64,000 nucleotides of DNA from NCBI RefSeq assembly GCF_009914755.1, contig NC_060947.1. The stretch is one strand, 5' to 3'. Shown piece by piece: positions 30,858 to 45,620 of this stretch. A model generated the notes under the pieces. The model worked only from the letters and a program-made list of their open reading frames with translations, was not told the DNA's origin and searched no databases. The translations under genes were made by a program, and so were the position numbers. Every line of letters begins with the position of its first letter. Positions within the stretch are counted from its first letter, which is position 1. Source of the stretch: the human T2T-CHM13v2.0 reference genome, Homo sapiens.

Positions 30858-32312
30858 TAATAGCATTTATTAAAATTTTTAAATGACAAAAATAGTACAT
30901 GCACAGTGTAGAAAATTTGGGAAATAAAAAACAAATGAGGAAAATGAAAATATCTCCTACTGTCACTGCCGAGACAAAGCCACTAGTGGTCTTTTCTTCT
31001 TGTCTTTTCATATGTATGCAACATATATTTTTATAAATTAGAACCAATGTGGCTTTCTCTCTTATTATGTCATGATTATCATTTAGCCTTCAGCATCATT
31101 AGTCTTCTGTAACATCATTTTAAGGACTAAATAGTATTCTATCTTAATGTATCATAATTTATTAACTGGGTTTCTATTTTTGAGCAGCTTGGAAGAGAAG
31201 TATGATATCTGCCTTAAAGATGAAGCCTGTTAAAATACATGTTTTAAGTTGGCTATCTTGAAACCATAAAATTCACCCATTAATAAGTGTCTCCCAATGA
31301 GCTCATACTAGCATAATTTGAAGAGAAGCTAAGTTTATAATACTTGTTGGTTGTATGAACTGACTACCTTTGATGCACGTGCTTCAAGCGCTCCTTCCCC
31401 ATGAATTCACTCTGCCCTTCTGCGGAGGACCCAGCCATTTCAATACTGGCTCCACCATCTCTGCACTGGTCACAATCTCAGAAAAGAATCCACCATTTGT
31501 AACTTCCGTTCTTCACCATCAAAGAACAATCCCACTATGCTGGGTCAGTTTTGTCTTGATTCTTTGACTTCAAATTCATCCTTAGATAAGTGAATGGGAA
31601 CTGAGGGTGGGTGATACACTGAGACATGATCTTGACTCCACATCACATTTGTTCCTAGACTATCTGCCCAAAGTAGTCCACAAAATGTCTCACATCAGCC
31701 ACTTTCCCAAATCAGAACTACTAACTCCTTGCCCCTTTGTTTCCATAATCATGCCAAATACCCTTACTTGAAAGCTAATACTATAGACCCAGGCTCTGAG
31801 TCTAGGGACTGTGTTGGGGAAGGAGGTGTATAATTGGTTTAATCATAGCACTATTACCCATTCCTTACCTAGACCTGGAAGCTCATCTTTGCCTGTTCAG
31901 ACTTGTCAGCCTAGGTTCTACATACCTGATTCACTGTTGCTCAGATCCTTTCTCTAACCCCTATCCCATGATTTATAATCTTCAACCCTGTGTTTATGAT
32001 ATGCCTAATTCCCTGAACTCTTGCTGGTTTTGATAACTTCTTTAGTTGAACTCCCTCAACTGCTTGCACCTACCTATTCCTCCTTGCCTTTTATGATTTT
32101 TCAGGCCTGCCTAGTTTGGGATACCTAACAGCCCCTCTTTTATCAAGCTGAACATCAGCATCACCCTAGTCTCAATATGACACCTGTATTTCCCTTCTTC
32201 ATTAAGTGTTATGCTCTGGTAAAAGCTAAACAGCCACATCTGGCCTGGACTTTCAGTGACTTTCTGTTAGAACCACTCTTGACTTCCATATGCCTGTCAT
32301 CTCACCAGACTT

Positions 32313-32396
32313 TTATATATACATATACATATATAAGCACAAATATATACATATATATACATATATATACACGTATATATGTGTGTGTATATATAC
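32313..32396. repeat. (TA/CA/TG)n low-complexity microsatellite
   Basis: tatatatacatatacatata..tatatgtgtgtgtatatatac. Confidence 0.85.
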
Positions 32397-32846
32397 TGCT
32401 TCACCCAAATGGAAAAACACTATTCATGCCTTCATAACTTGTTTTCTCTTTAACAATATAGCAGGGACACATTTCTACATTAACATCTATAAATCTTTCT
32501 CATCTTTCTAAGCCACTATATTGTCAATTTGGTGATGCTGGATATCTTTTCCTCTGATTACTGGCCTATATTTCTCATTTATTTATGATCCCCAATTTTC
32601 CATTATAATGTTATTTTTTTCTATTTGAGTTGGTTTCTATCACTTGTAACTGAGCAAGTTCTGCCTAAACAATTTGCAATAGTTCTTCAATATATTAATA
32701 ATATTATCATTTTCTGTCATAAATGTTACAAATAGTTTTTCCAATTTGTTTCTCATTCAACATTTGTATGTTGTCCTTTGATACAAAGATCATGTAAACA
32801 TTCACTTATATTTTATTCTAATACCTTTATTTAAATGTTTAATCCT

Positions 32847-33127
32847 GACCAGATGCGGTGGCTCACACCTATAATCTCAATCCTTTGGGAGGCCAAGGAG
32901 GGGGATTGCTTAAGGTCAGTCTGGGCAACATACTGATGCCCCATATCTATAAAAAAAAAAAAAATAGCCAGGCATGGCAGCACATGCCTCTGGTCCTAGT
33001 TGCTCAGGATGTTGAGGTGGGAGGATCATTTGGGCCCGGGAGTTTGAGGTTACAGTAAGCTATGATTGTGCCACTGCACTTCAGCCTGGGCAACAGAGAA
33101 AGACCTTGTCTCAAAAAATAAATAAAT
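32847..33127 (+). mobile_element. AluJ (Jo/Jr-like) with a small left-arm deletion
   Basis: gaccagatgcggtggctcacaccta..gggaggatcattt..gagtttgaggttacagtaagctatgattgtgccactgcac; (TAAA) tail. Confidence 0.92.
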
Positions 33128-34187
33128 ATTTTATTTTTCTGGAATATTCTTTTGTGTAAGCAGAGCATAGATACATAATTTTTCACTTATTGTCATCTAA
33201 TTGTCTCCAAACCCTTTAGACAATAATCCAGTATTTTCAAATGCTTTAATATATACCAGATTGGCATATCATTAGATAGACAGACAGATATTTATTAGCT
33301 TCTGGGTTCTATTCAGTTGCATTGTTCTATCTGGCTGTTCCTATGCCAGTCACACACTTCAATTATTTTTATAGGATGTTTTGACATCTGGTAGGACAAT
33401 TCCCCTCCTCCACAATTAATTGGCTTACTTTCTCAATTGTCTTAGCTATACTGTCTCATTTGTTCTTCCATATAAACTCAAATATGAATGTGTTGAATTT
33501 CCCCACAATTCTGAAATATGTTATTTGAAATTCATTTAGAATTATATAAGGATAATTGACATCTGTTAAATATTGAAGGTGTCCACCATTTATTATTTGT
33601 GACCAAGTATATGATAAATTGTTGCAAATTATCCATGGCTATTGTAAAATACTATATATGGTACCAATGTATAAAAGTGTTTATCTACACAACACTAAAC
33701 TTGTTAATAATGCTATTCAAATATTTTCATTATTCTGTGTTTTTGTCTACTTGACCTATCTCCTGTTTCAAGTGAGATATATCAAAATTTTATACCATAA
33801 TTGTGTATGTTCATGCATTCCTGACTTTGCTGAATTAATCAAGTACACTTTGTTTTATATACCCCCTTATTTATTTGGAAATGTTATTTTATAGGTTCAC
33901 TCTACTAATAAATTATTCTACTTTTACTATAACAAGCTTTTTTAAGTGCCAAGAAATAAAAAGGAGAAAATGAAACAAAAATAAAAAGAATTTCAGATTA
34001 TCTCCCACCTCAAAACCCATATTATTATTTTAAATACAAACATAATACGAAGTTTTGAAAGCCAAGTAATATTGAAAGGTACAAAATGAAAACTGAAAGT
34101 CTCCGTCACTCAAGCCTAGTAACTGCAATTTTTTGTGATTCCTTCAAGAAAAAATTCTATATGCCCATATATATTTATTTACACAGA

Positions 34188-34528
34188 CAGCTGCCCCTTG
34201 AACAACACAGGTTTGAACTGTACAGGTCTACTTATATCCACATTTTTAAAAATAAATATATTGGAAAATTTTGTGGAGATTTCAACAATTTGAGAAACAC
34301 TGCATAGCCTAAAAATATTGAAAAAATTAAGAAAAACTTAGGTATGCCATGAATGCATAAATTACACATAGATACCAGTGTATTTATGTGTTAAGTGACT
34401 GTTTATGTTACCTGTAAGGCTTCCTATCAACAGTAGGCTTTTGGTAGTTAAGTTTAGGAGGAGTCAAAAGTTATACAGGGATTTTCTATTACATGGGGAG
34501 TTGGCACCAGTTGTTCTAGGGTCAACTG
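34188..34528. mobile_element. Tigger2a/MER28-like Tc-mariner MITE
   Basis: Terminal inverted repeats cagctgccccttgaacaac .. gttgttctagggtcaactg, followed by TA. Confidence 0.88.
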
Positions 34529-35192
34529 TATTTTACAAGAGATAATACTAAACCTTTCTTTCTTTTTTCAATTAATAATATATCTCACAGCTCTTCCATA
34601 TGTGCACATCCAGAGCTAACTAATTCTTTCAATAGTACATAGTATTTCACTATATGAATTTATCGCAATTTAACCAGTTCTCTAATATTTGACACTTTGG
34701 CTGTTTTCAGTTTTTGTTTTGTGCTGACATGCATGCACAAGCACACATATGCATGAACACACAAATACTACAATCAACATCTAGATTTACATTTGTGAGA
34801 ATATGTCCTAGCATAAATTGCTAAAAATGAAATTTTTGAATCAAAATGTGTAAACAGTTCAATTATTAGAGATATTGTAAATTGTTTTTCAGAAAATTTG
34901 CATTAATTGACACTCCAAAAAACAATGCACAAATTGCTCATTTTCCAACATCTCCATCAACACTGGGTTTTATTCAACATTTTTATTTTTGCTGATCTGT
35001 AATAAATAGTGAAATCTCATTTTGTCTTTATTTGATTATGAGTGAAATTCAGAATGATTACATATATAGCTATTGGTCATTTTTATTTCTCTTTTGGTAA
35101 ACTGCCTATTCATATCTTCTACTCATTTTTGAATTGGGTTGTTCATCATTTTCTTACAGATTCATAAGAACTTTTGTTAATTAAAGAAATTG

Positions 35193-35875
<683 letters not shown>

Positions 35876-37224
35876 TGATTTTAGTCATATAGAAGTTTTT
35901 ATTTTTACGTAGCCAAAAATATCAATCTTTTGTTTCATGGCTTCTGAATTTTCCTTTACATTTTAAAGAACTAATTTTAACCCACATTTCTTTATCAATA
36001 GCAAAATTTAAACATTATCCACTACCTTCCCACAGACTGACAAGTTGTTTAAAACCTGTAATTCCCAACATTGTCTTTTCTGTTCTGTTTTCTCTCCAGC
36101 CCAGTTTTATGGAGAAAGGTGGTGGGTGGGTACTATAATTCAGTACTTTGGGTTTCAGCAGTGTTCTCTCTCTTATTCGTCATCTTTATTGCATTATTTT
36201 TGGTGTTTTTATATCAGTAATTAGGTTTTTAAATTATCTAGCAAATATTTACCAATTGCTTCCTCTATACCAAGCATTGTGTGATATAAAATTGAGGTAA
36301 GAATTTTAAAAATTGAATAAACACAATATTATCAGTATTTTCATAAAAATGTATTTTAGTAGAATAGGGGATGGGGGGAAGGTAAACAAAAAATAAATAA
36401 AATTCTTGCAAAATTAAGTGCCAGGAAGAATACAAATAAGGTACTGAGATAAAGTTTAGTAGAAGGTAGGTAGAGGGCCAGAGAAGGGAATTTTTATTCT
36501 CCAATTTCTCCTTGTCATGGTAGCTTGCTCTTATTTTACTTATGCAATAACCTCTCAAATGTCACTAAAAAACTGGAATGTAATTTTCTCAAAGTTATTT
36601 CCTGTTTCCTACGTTAACCCTGTTTTAATGGGGCCAAATGTGCTAATTGTTCAGCTTAATCGTCTTCCATCAAACTGGATTCTGTCCATATGTCTAGTGA
36701 ACTTTTCATTTTCCATTCATATTTATAAAGCAAGTTGCAAATTGATCGGTATATTTAGCTGATGTGGATTCTGCAATGATCATATGGTTCACTAACTACC
36801 CTTGGTAAGTCTCCCCTATCTGGGAACAAGCGTATCCAGAGGGCTATGGCTGACAGTGAATGCTCTAAACAGCTATTCAGAAGACAGAATTCGGGTGACA
36901 TTTTTGAAAACCATTTATTTGTCTCCCCGATCCTTCCTAGCAACTGCTCCTCCAACGATTACCCTCTTTTGTCCTCTGCTACAAGGACTTTTATAGCTGC
37001 CTATGTTCTGCCAGTGTGGCAGCTGCCAATGGGGAGGAGGAAAGAAGTTACTGGAAGGTTCAGCCTGTTAGAGAAGGGAGGAAGTGCACCCTCACACACA
37101 CTGATTTGGGGCTGCCAGAATATGAAGGGAAAACATGCTGGATAGATCTGTCATATTAGTAATTTCCCCCTACATTACCCTAAGCACTGTCCACACCAAA
37201 GGAAATCTGGAGATTAATGTGCTC

Positions 37225-37400
37225 AGACACTAGAGTCAGAAAGCCTAGCGTCAAGATGCAACTCTGCCAATTACTAGTTGTATGAGCTTGAGCAAGTTAC
37301 TTAAACCTACTTGAGATCCCATTTTCTCATTTTACAGGGACAACAATAGTAGCAGTTTTTTTTTAAATAAACTTGGTGTAGGGTGCGTAGTTTAAATGAA
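37225..37400 (+). mobile_element. MIR SINE
   Basis: gagtcagaaagccta..ctctgccaattactagttgtatgagcttgagcaagttacttaa. Confidence 0.7.
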
Positions 37401-38231
37401 AAAATACTTGCAAAGTTTATTACATTTCCCCATGTCTTAAATCTCCTCTGCTTGTTCCATGATCCAACATGTAATTATCCAAACTGAATACTTGAATCTA
37501 TAGGATGATTATATGTAACAAAAGCACACCAGTCCAGTCCTCACATATTGTTTGTCCTTGTTGGCCTTCTTGGGACTTAAAGACATTGGTTTGCCATGAC
37601 AGTCTTTCTAGGTCAGAATAAAATTACATGTTTTATCTTAAGCTACTATGCTCAAAGGCATTTTATTTGGTCTTGTTTCCCTTGAAAAAAAAACATAATA
37701 AATGTCAAGTGTTCAGGGTTTCTATTTATCAAACCAGAATGCATGGCATAATCTTCACAGAATATTCTTCTGTGTTCATTTTTTTTTGCTCAGATAAATC
37801 TAATTGCTGCTATATTTAAGGTTATCTTGCTAGCCAGTATCCTCAAAGTTCATCATCTATTTGAATGAATAAAATATCCGATCTTTTCAACATGATTTTG
37901 AGTCACAATTTAAACCTTTAAAATAAAATCTTTTTATTTTCCTAATTTTCAAATGTTTGCAGTAAATATAAAAATATATAAACAAAACCTTTAAAACAAG
38001 GAAAATGTTAGCCAACTAATTGGGAAAAAAGTGTTCTTCCCTATTTCTAATGTTAGCTTCCATAAGGAGGGATCTGCATTATAATAATAATGTTCAAAAT
38101 ATAGCTGATTTTCAAGTAAAGTATGAACTACCAAATTTTTATACGATAATCTCAAAAAATAATTGCAGCAAAAAATGGAGAAAAAAACATTTTTGAAGTA
38201 TTAAACACTTACTTTTTAAAAGTTAGTGAAT

Positions 38232-40601
38232 ACCACAATCAACTAGGCTTCATCCCTGGGATGCAAGGTTGGTTCAACATACGCAAATCAATAAATGTGA
38301 TTCATCACATAAACAGAACTAAAGAGAAAAACCACGTGATTATCTCAATAGATGCAGAAAAAGCCTTTGATAAAATTCAACACCCCTTCATGTTAAAAAC
38401 TCTCGATAAACTAGGTATTGAAGGAACATACCTCAAAATAATAAGAGCTATCTATGACCAAACCACAGCCAACATCATACTTAATGGGCAAAAGCTGGAA
38501 GCATTCCCTTTGAAAACCAGCACAAGACAAGGATGCCCTCTCTCACCACTCCTATTCAACATTGTATTGGAAGTTCTGGTCAGAGCAAACAGGCAAGAGA
38601 AAGAAATAAAGGGCATTCAAATAGGAAGAGAGGAAGTCAAACTATCCCTGTTTGCAGATGACATGATGCTATATCTAGGAAACCCCACAGTCTCAGCCCA
38701 AAAGGTACTTAAGCTGGTAAACAACTTCAGAAAAATCTCAGCATACAAAATCAATGGGCAAAAATCACCGACATTCCTATAAACCAACAACAGTCAAGAC
38801 TAGAGACAAATCAGGAATGCAATCCCACTCACAATTCTCACAAAAAATAAAATACCTAGGAATACAGCTACCAAGGGATGTGAAAACTCTCTACAAGGAG
38901 AACTACAAAACACTGCCCAAAGAAATCAGAGATGACACAAACAAATAGAAAAACATTCCATGCTCATGGATAGGAAAAATTGATATTGTTAGAATGGCCA
39001 TACTGCTCAAAACAGTTTATAGTTTCAATGCTATTCCTATTCAACTACCATTGACATTCTTCACAGAACTAGAAAACACTATTTTAGAATTCATATGGAA
39101 TCAAAAGACAGCCCAAATAGCCAAGGCAATCCTAAGCAAAAAGAACAAAGCTGGAGGCATCATGCTATCTGACTTCAAACTATACTACAGGGCTACAGTA
39201 ACCAAAATAACATGGTACTGGTACAAAAACAGACACATAAACCAATGGAACAGAATGGAAAGCCCAGAAATAAGACCACATACCTACAACTATCTGATCT
39301 TCAACAATCCTGACAAAAAGAAGCAATGGGGTAAAGACTCCCTATTCAATAAATGGTGCTGGAATAACAAGCTAGCCATATGCAGAAGACTGAAACTGGA
39401 CCCCTTCCTTACACCATATACAAAAATTACCTTAAGATGGATTAAAAACTTAAATCTAAAATAAAAAACTATAAAAACCCTGGAAGACAGCCTAGGCAAT
39501 ATGATTCTAAACATAGGAACGGGCAAAGATTTCATGACGAAGGTGCCAAAAGCAATCCCAACAAAAGCAAAAATTGACAAATGGGATCTAATTAAACTAA
39601 AGAGCTTCTGCACAGCAAAGGAAACTGTCAACAGAATGAACAGACAACCTACAGAATGGGAGAAAATGTTTGCAATCTACCCATCTGACAAAGGTCTAAT
39701 ATCCAGCATCTACAAAAACAAATTTACAAGAAAAAACAAATAACGACATTAAAAAGAGGGCAAAAGACATGAAAATACACTTTTCAAAAGAAAACATACA
39801 TGTGGCCAACAAGCATGTGAAAAAAGAAGCTCAACATCACTGATCATTAGAGAAATGCAAATGAAAACCACAATGAGATACCATCCCACACAAGTCAGAA
39901 TGGCTATTAGTAAAAAGTAAAAAAATAACAGATGCTTGCGAGGTTGCAGAAAAAAAAAAGGAGTGCTCATACCTTGTTGGTGGGAGTGTAAATTAGTTCA
40001 ACCATTGTGGAAAGCAGTATGGCGATTCTTCAAAGAGCTAAAAGCAGAGCTACCATTTGACCCAGCAATCCCATTACTGGGTATATACTCAGAGAAATAT
40101 AAATCATTCTACCATAAAGATGCATGCACACGAATGTTCATTGTAGCACTATTCACAATAGCAAAGACATGGAATCAACCTAAATGCCTATCAATGACAG
40201 ATTGGATAAAGAAAATGTGATACATATACGCCATGGAATACTATGTAGCCATAAAAAAGAATGAGATCATGTCCTTTGCAGGGACATAGATGGAGCTGGA
40301 GGCCATTATCCTTAGCAAACTAACACAGGAAGAGAAAACCAAATACCACATGTTCTCACTTATAAGTGGGAGCTAAACGATGAGAACACACGGACACATA
40401 GAGGGGACCAACACACACTGGCACCTATGGGAGGGTGGAGGGTGGGAGGAAGGAGAGGATGAGGAAAAATAACTAATCGGTACTAGACTTAATACTTGGG
40501 TGATGAAATAATCTGTACAACCAACTCTCATGACACAAGTTTACCTATGTAACAAACCTGCACATGTACCCCTGAATTTAAAATAAAAGTTAAATTTTTA
40601 A
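38232..40601 (+). mobile_element. 5'-truncated L1PA13-16-like LINE-1 (~2.4 kb), ORF2 disrupted
   Basis: Broken ORF2 peptides ([15 protein letters not shown]; MAILLK..; [13 protein letters not shown]) and 3'UTR; degenerate TSD aaaagttagtga (38218-38229) / aaaatttggtga (40602-40613). Confidence 0.95.
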
Positions 40602-40614
40602 AAAATTTGGTGAT

Positions 40615-41825
40615 GTTACAGGTATGTTATTTCAGACATTCAGAAAATAGATAATTCCTATTCTATATAAGTTGTTACGAATAATTGCAAAGGATATAAA
40701 ATGTTCTAATTCATTTTATGAAGTTATCATAATCCCAACGCTATGTGGTGTTTTTAGATTCATGTAACACACATAAGAAGTCTGTGGCTTATAAAGTAAT
40801 AAAAAGAGTATCCATGCCTAGAAAAGTGCCTGAAATATGGTACACACTCAATAAATGATGGTCGAATGAAAGCACAAGGAAAGAAGACCAACAGATTGAA
40901 CTCATTTATGCAAAATTACTAAATAAAATACTACTTTAATTCAAAAGTATGGTACAAAAGAATGGTAATTATTATCAATCTGCTTTTACCCAATAATTCC
41001 CAGATGGTTTAAAATCTATATACTTTATATCAATAATGTGCCATTTTACTTGTATGATAAATGCATTTTTATCCTATCAGTAAGTCTAAAGGGAAAAAAT
41101 CATTTGATAAAAATTCAACATTCCTTCCTAAATAAAAGCAATTCTTAGTAAATAAGGATTATGCATATATTATCTTAACATCATTAAAATATCATGCTTA
41201 ATCATAAAAATCCTAGCAGTTTTACCATAACAATAAGGACTAAGGTCAGATGGGTAATATCATGTCTATCATTTAATATTTTTCCAGAAATTCTAGATTT
41301 TGCAATGAGATAGAAAAGAATATTGGAAGAGACAAAAGTTAGATATATTATAAATATCACTGCTTACCTGGAAAATAAACGTAAAATGTATTAGAACTAA
41401 TAATAAGACAGCTAGTTATAAAATAATTAGTTAAAATATATATCTTCCTTATATACAAACACTGATCAGTTAGAAACTACTAAAAATATATGATCAACAA
41501 TAGCAATAAACTTTGTAAAATATGCAGGATGAATGTTTTTAAAGATTATTTTAAACCACAAAGGCACTTAAAATATTGCATTAAATGGAGATGCAAACCG
41601 TGCTTTTAAATGGAAAGACTCAACAGTATACAGATGTCAATTCCTTCCAAAATTAAGTCTATAAATGGAAGGAAGTTTCAATAAAAATGTTCAATACAAT
41701 TCTTTTGGGAACATGTGACAAAATGATTATAATGTTTATCTGAAAGAATAAATAAGCAAAACAGCCAATTTCTTTTTTGGCTCTACCAGATATCAAATGA
41801 TGTTCTACCAGATATCAAAATATTT
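40615..41825 (+). mobile_element. Ancient L1M ORF2 remnant, probable host of the younger L1; includes an L2 3' end at ~40810-40870
   Basis: ttctaattcattttatgaag, catttgataaaaattcaaca, tggaaagactcaacagtatacagatgtcaatt, ctctaccagatatcaaa. Confidence 0.65.
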
Positions 41826-42469
41826 TTATTCATTTATTCATTTGGTCATTCACTCTGTCATTTAATCACCAGTGCAATAGCACTCAGAATAAAACAAGCA
41901 GAAATGCAGGATTTAGTTTAAAAAGAAAATAAGCTCCAGCATATTTTCTTAGTTGAAGAGGCACTAGCCTTACCTCTTACACATTTTTCCTTCCCTTACT
42001 CCATAACCATCCCCACAGCTGGATATAAATCATTAATTTTAGCTCCAATTTATACATGAGAAAACTAAAGGAGAGTAAGATGATGTAATCTGCTTAAAGG
42101 CTATACATCTGGTAAAGGGTAAAACCCAGCTTTGAACTCAAATATTTAACTATAGCATCTTGATTCTTTACCACAATATACTGCCTCTCTAGGAAAGCTC
42201 CCTAGAAAAACATATGATCAGCCAGACTCCTGCACATAACCTGAGCATATTCATCAATCAAGATCTTACCACATTAAATTCAATAATTCAGAAAAATGTA
42301 TAAAGGGCCTATTATAAACCAGATACTTTGTCTGACAATGGCTAAAAAAATGGTTAATAAATAAGTATGGTTCCTTATCTCATGGAAGTTAGAGGCTGCC
42401 AGAGGGAGTCTAGGGAGGTACCAAACATATAAAGAAACAAATTATATATATATATAAACATTATTTATC

Positions 42470-42820
42470 GTGATGAATACTTTATGTTAAAATCCTAACC
42501 CCAAAGACCCAAAGATGATGGCATTAGGAGGCAGGGCCTTTGGGATGTGATTAGGTCATGAGGGCCTCATCTTCTTAAATGGGATTAGTACCCTTACAAA
42601 TAAGGCCCCAGAGAGACCCTCACCCCTTTTGTCACGTAATAACACAACAAGGTGACACTGACTATGAACCAGAAGGCAGGCCCTCACCAGACATCAAATG
42701 TGGTGATGCCTTGATCCTGGACCTCTGGACTTCTCAGCCTTCAGTCTGTGAGAAATAAATCTCTGTTACTGAAAAGCCACCCAGTTTATGGTATTTTGTT
42801 ACAGCAGAGCGAACTAAGAC
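42470..42820 (+). mobile_element. MLT1A/MLT1A0-like solo LTR
   Basis: tatgttaaaatcctaacccc..attaggaggcagggcctttggga..tgtgagaaataaat..ggtattttgttacagcag..aactaagaca. Confidence 0.88.
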
Positions 42821-42875
42821 AAGTATTGAGTGAGGAAAAGTTATTATCTACGTAATCAAATGTATTAATCCATCC

Positions 42876-43179
42876 TTTTTTTTTTTTTTTTTTTTGAGAC
42901 GGAGTTTCGCTCTGTCGCCCAGGCTAGAGTGCAGTGTGTGGCGCGATCTTACTACAAGCTCCGCCTCCCAGGTTCAGGCCATTCTCCTGCCTCAGCCTCC
43001 CGAGTAGCTGGGAATACAGGTGCCCGCCACCATGCCCAGCTAATTTTTTTTTTGTATTTTTAGTAGAGAAAGGGTTTCACCGTGTTCTCCAGGATGGTCT
43101 CGATCTCCTGACCTCGTGATCCACCCGCCTCAGCCTCCCAAAGTGTTGGGATTACGGGCATGAGCCACCGCGCCCGGCC
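42876..43179 (-). mobile_element. AluY-like
   Basis: caagctccgcctccc, ccattctcc, caggatggtctcgatctcctgacctcgtgatcc; perfect 14-bp TSD AATCCATCCTTTTT (42867-42880 / 43180-43193). Confidence 0.97.
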
Positions 43180-43204
43180 AATCCATCCTTTTTCAAGTCT
43201 AGAA

Positions 43205-43450
43205 ATAATAATATACAACTTTTATATAGTGCTTTCTATGTGCCAGAGACTCTTTTAACTGCTGTACATCTTTACAATAACCCTAAAACTTAATTTTCAC
43301 AATAACTCTACAAGTTAAGTACTTTTATCGTTCTCGTTTTATAGAGGAATTTAAGGCATGAAATAATTAGACGACTTGGCCAATGTCACACAGCTAGAAT
43401 CTGATAGAGTCAGAGTTTGAATTGAGGCATTCTTAATCTCAATTATACTG
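43205..43450 (-). mobile_element. MIR SINE
   Basis: atagtgctttctatgtgccag..cttggccaatgtcacacagctag..cagagtttgaa. Confidence 0.7.
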
Positions 43451-43904
43451 TCTTTCAAATGCTACTATTTAATTTTTACATTTAGATTTTTAATCCATCT
43501 GCAACTCCTTGGTGATACCATGAAAGGCTTGTGTTTGGTTTGTTTTGTTTCTTTGGTGGTTACTCAATTGTCCCAATATCATTTGCTGAATAAGCATTCT
43601 TAAAGTATACTTTAAGAAGTAGTAAATTTGTACATAGTATCGAACTGCTTTCTTGGCTATTATTTTGTATGATTAATCTGACTATACCTTTACTGATAAC
43701 CACCATCATAAAATTACAATACCATTGTTAAACAATGCAGGATCTCAACTCAGATTTTTTCAACTTCATCTAAAATATTGTGCTTTTTCTTACTATAAAG
43801 TAGTCCTTCACTTTTATATTAATGCAGAACAATGCTTCTATTCATAAGGGCTTACAGCACAAAGAGTTCCACTGCTTACTGTGAGTTAAGTGATGTTGCA
43901 ATAT

Positions 43905-44420
43905 CAAACGTGTACTGGACACTTACTCTTTTCTAGGTACTGTGCTATGTGTTAGGAACACAAATGAATCAAATGTGGTCCTTGCCCTCAAATGAGTCCA
44001 CATTCTAAAGAAGAGGATAGAGAAGTAAATCCGGCATGATGGTGCTGTAGACTAATAATGGTAAGTACAGGGTGCATTTAAATTAGATGTGAGGAGAGGG
44101 TACCATTAAGACTTCCAAAGAGAAAAGTGGCCTAAGTTGAGTTTTAATTGGCAATTGAGAGTTAGCAGGATGCAAAAGGTGAGGTAAGGTCATTTCAGGC
44201 AGCTAAATAGCTTGTGTGAAAGCCAGGGATGCTTAAGAAATTGCCAGTGGTTGGCCTGGCTGGAGCATGTGGTTTATATTAGAAAATGGCAATCTGTGAA
44301 GCTTGACAAGTAGACAGAAGCCAATTCCTTAAGGGCTTTATATGCAATAGTAAGATGTTTAGATTTTGTGAAGGTAATGGGAACTAAAGTGTTTTAAGAG
44401 AGAAGTGACATAATTTGCTT
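43905..44420 (-). mobile_element. L2 3' portion
   Basis: ctaggtactgtgctatgtg..ggtccttgccctcaa..ggctggagcatg..gtgttttaagagagaagtgacataattt. Confidence 0.65.
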
Positions 44421-45484
44421 TCACGAGTCATACCAGTCAAATTAACTTATGAGCAAGTGTCCACAAGTTAATAAAGTTTTATTTTAAAAGCATGGAAAAT
44501 TAGAAATGAATAAGGAATAGATTAACCCAAGACTGTGATTACAGAAGCTCACCCGTAGTGATCACGAATACTTCTTTCTGATTCTGGTACATATAAGCCA
44601 TTAGGTGTCCCATCAATGCCCAGGATTTAAAGTAGACCTTTGTTTAAAAAACTTTTGTATAAAGACAAATAAAGGTCCACTTTAGGGCTTGGGCATTGGT
44701 AAGAATTCTTTGAGATGGTCTATGGTCTGTGTGACAAGATCAGGGAGAGAAAGTAGTGCTGCTCAGCTGCCGATCACTGCTAAATAACTGTCATCTCTCC
44801 CTGTACGAAGGTCTGCGAAGTCACATAGAGACATCAAATGATATCATTGGAATTAAATATGTTGGGCCCATACCCTAGGGACACTATTGAAGAAAGAGAA
44901 AAGATAACCTTCATAGACTCTTATACCTTAGGTTCTGTACAAGGTAATTTTCAAACAATATTTCACTTAATTCTTACAGACACAACCTTATAAGGTCTTA
45001 TAAAAATTACAACTATCTAGATTTTGATGAAGAAAACATTCATCTCAAGTTAGTCTTTTAAAAAGAAATTTTTAAGGGGATGAGGGACTTGTTGATTTAT
45101 ATAAATGAAAACCTCAAGAGTAGCTTTTGCTAACCTCAGGGACAGCTTCATGCAGGGACTCAGATGGTGTCACCAGGATGATTCTCTCAGTCTCTTGGCT
45201 TGGATTTGTTTTATTCTGAGACAATCTTACTTCCTGTGATCATAAAATCAGCAGCTCTGGACTTATATGCCTCAGTTTCACATCCAGGTAAAAACAGTTC
45301 CTCTTCCCTAAAATTATCAGGGATGAATCTCATTAACCAAATTATGTATCCATTACAGAGCCCATCCATGTTATTAGGGGTATGATTGGCTGAAACTCTC
45401 CAATGATTAGGAATGAAAGTGGAAGGGAAGTGATTCCACCTAAGGCAACTTAATTTTCTTATTTCTTCTAATAAAAAATGATGA

Positions 45485-45620
45485 ACAGATGAAGAAACTG
45501 GAGCTCAGAGAGGTTAAGTGATTTCACCAAGGTTTTACAGCCAATGACTGGGAAAAGAGGAATTAGATCCTAATCTTGTTTGACTCCAGTATCCATGTTC
45601 CTTTTACCACACCACACTGT
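45485..45620 (-). mobile_element. MIR fragment
   Basis: acagatgaagaaactggagctcagagaggttaagtgattt. Confidence 0.8.

Noticed and set aside
41782-41819. 16-nt direct repeat tctaccagatatcaaa; also (aatcttac)3 at 24088-24111
   Set aside because: Ordinary local slippage duplications; not an array and not CRISPR-like.
44533-44582. Possible C/D box snoRNA (tgtgatta..ctga)
   Set aside because: Imperfect C box, only ~50 nt, and no convincing terminal stem.
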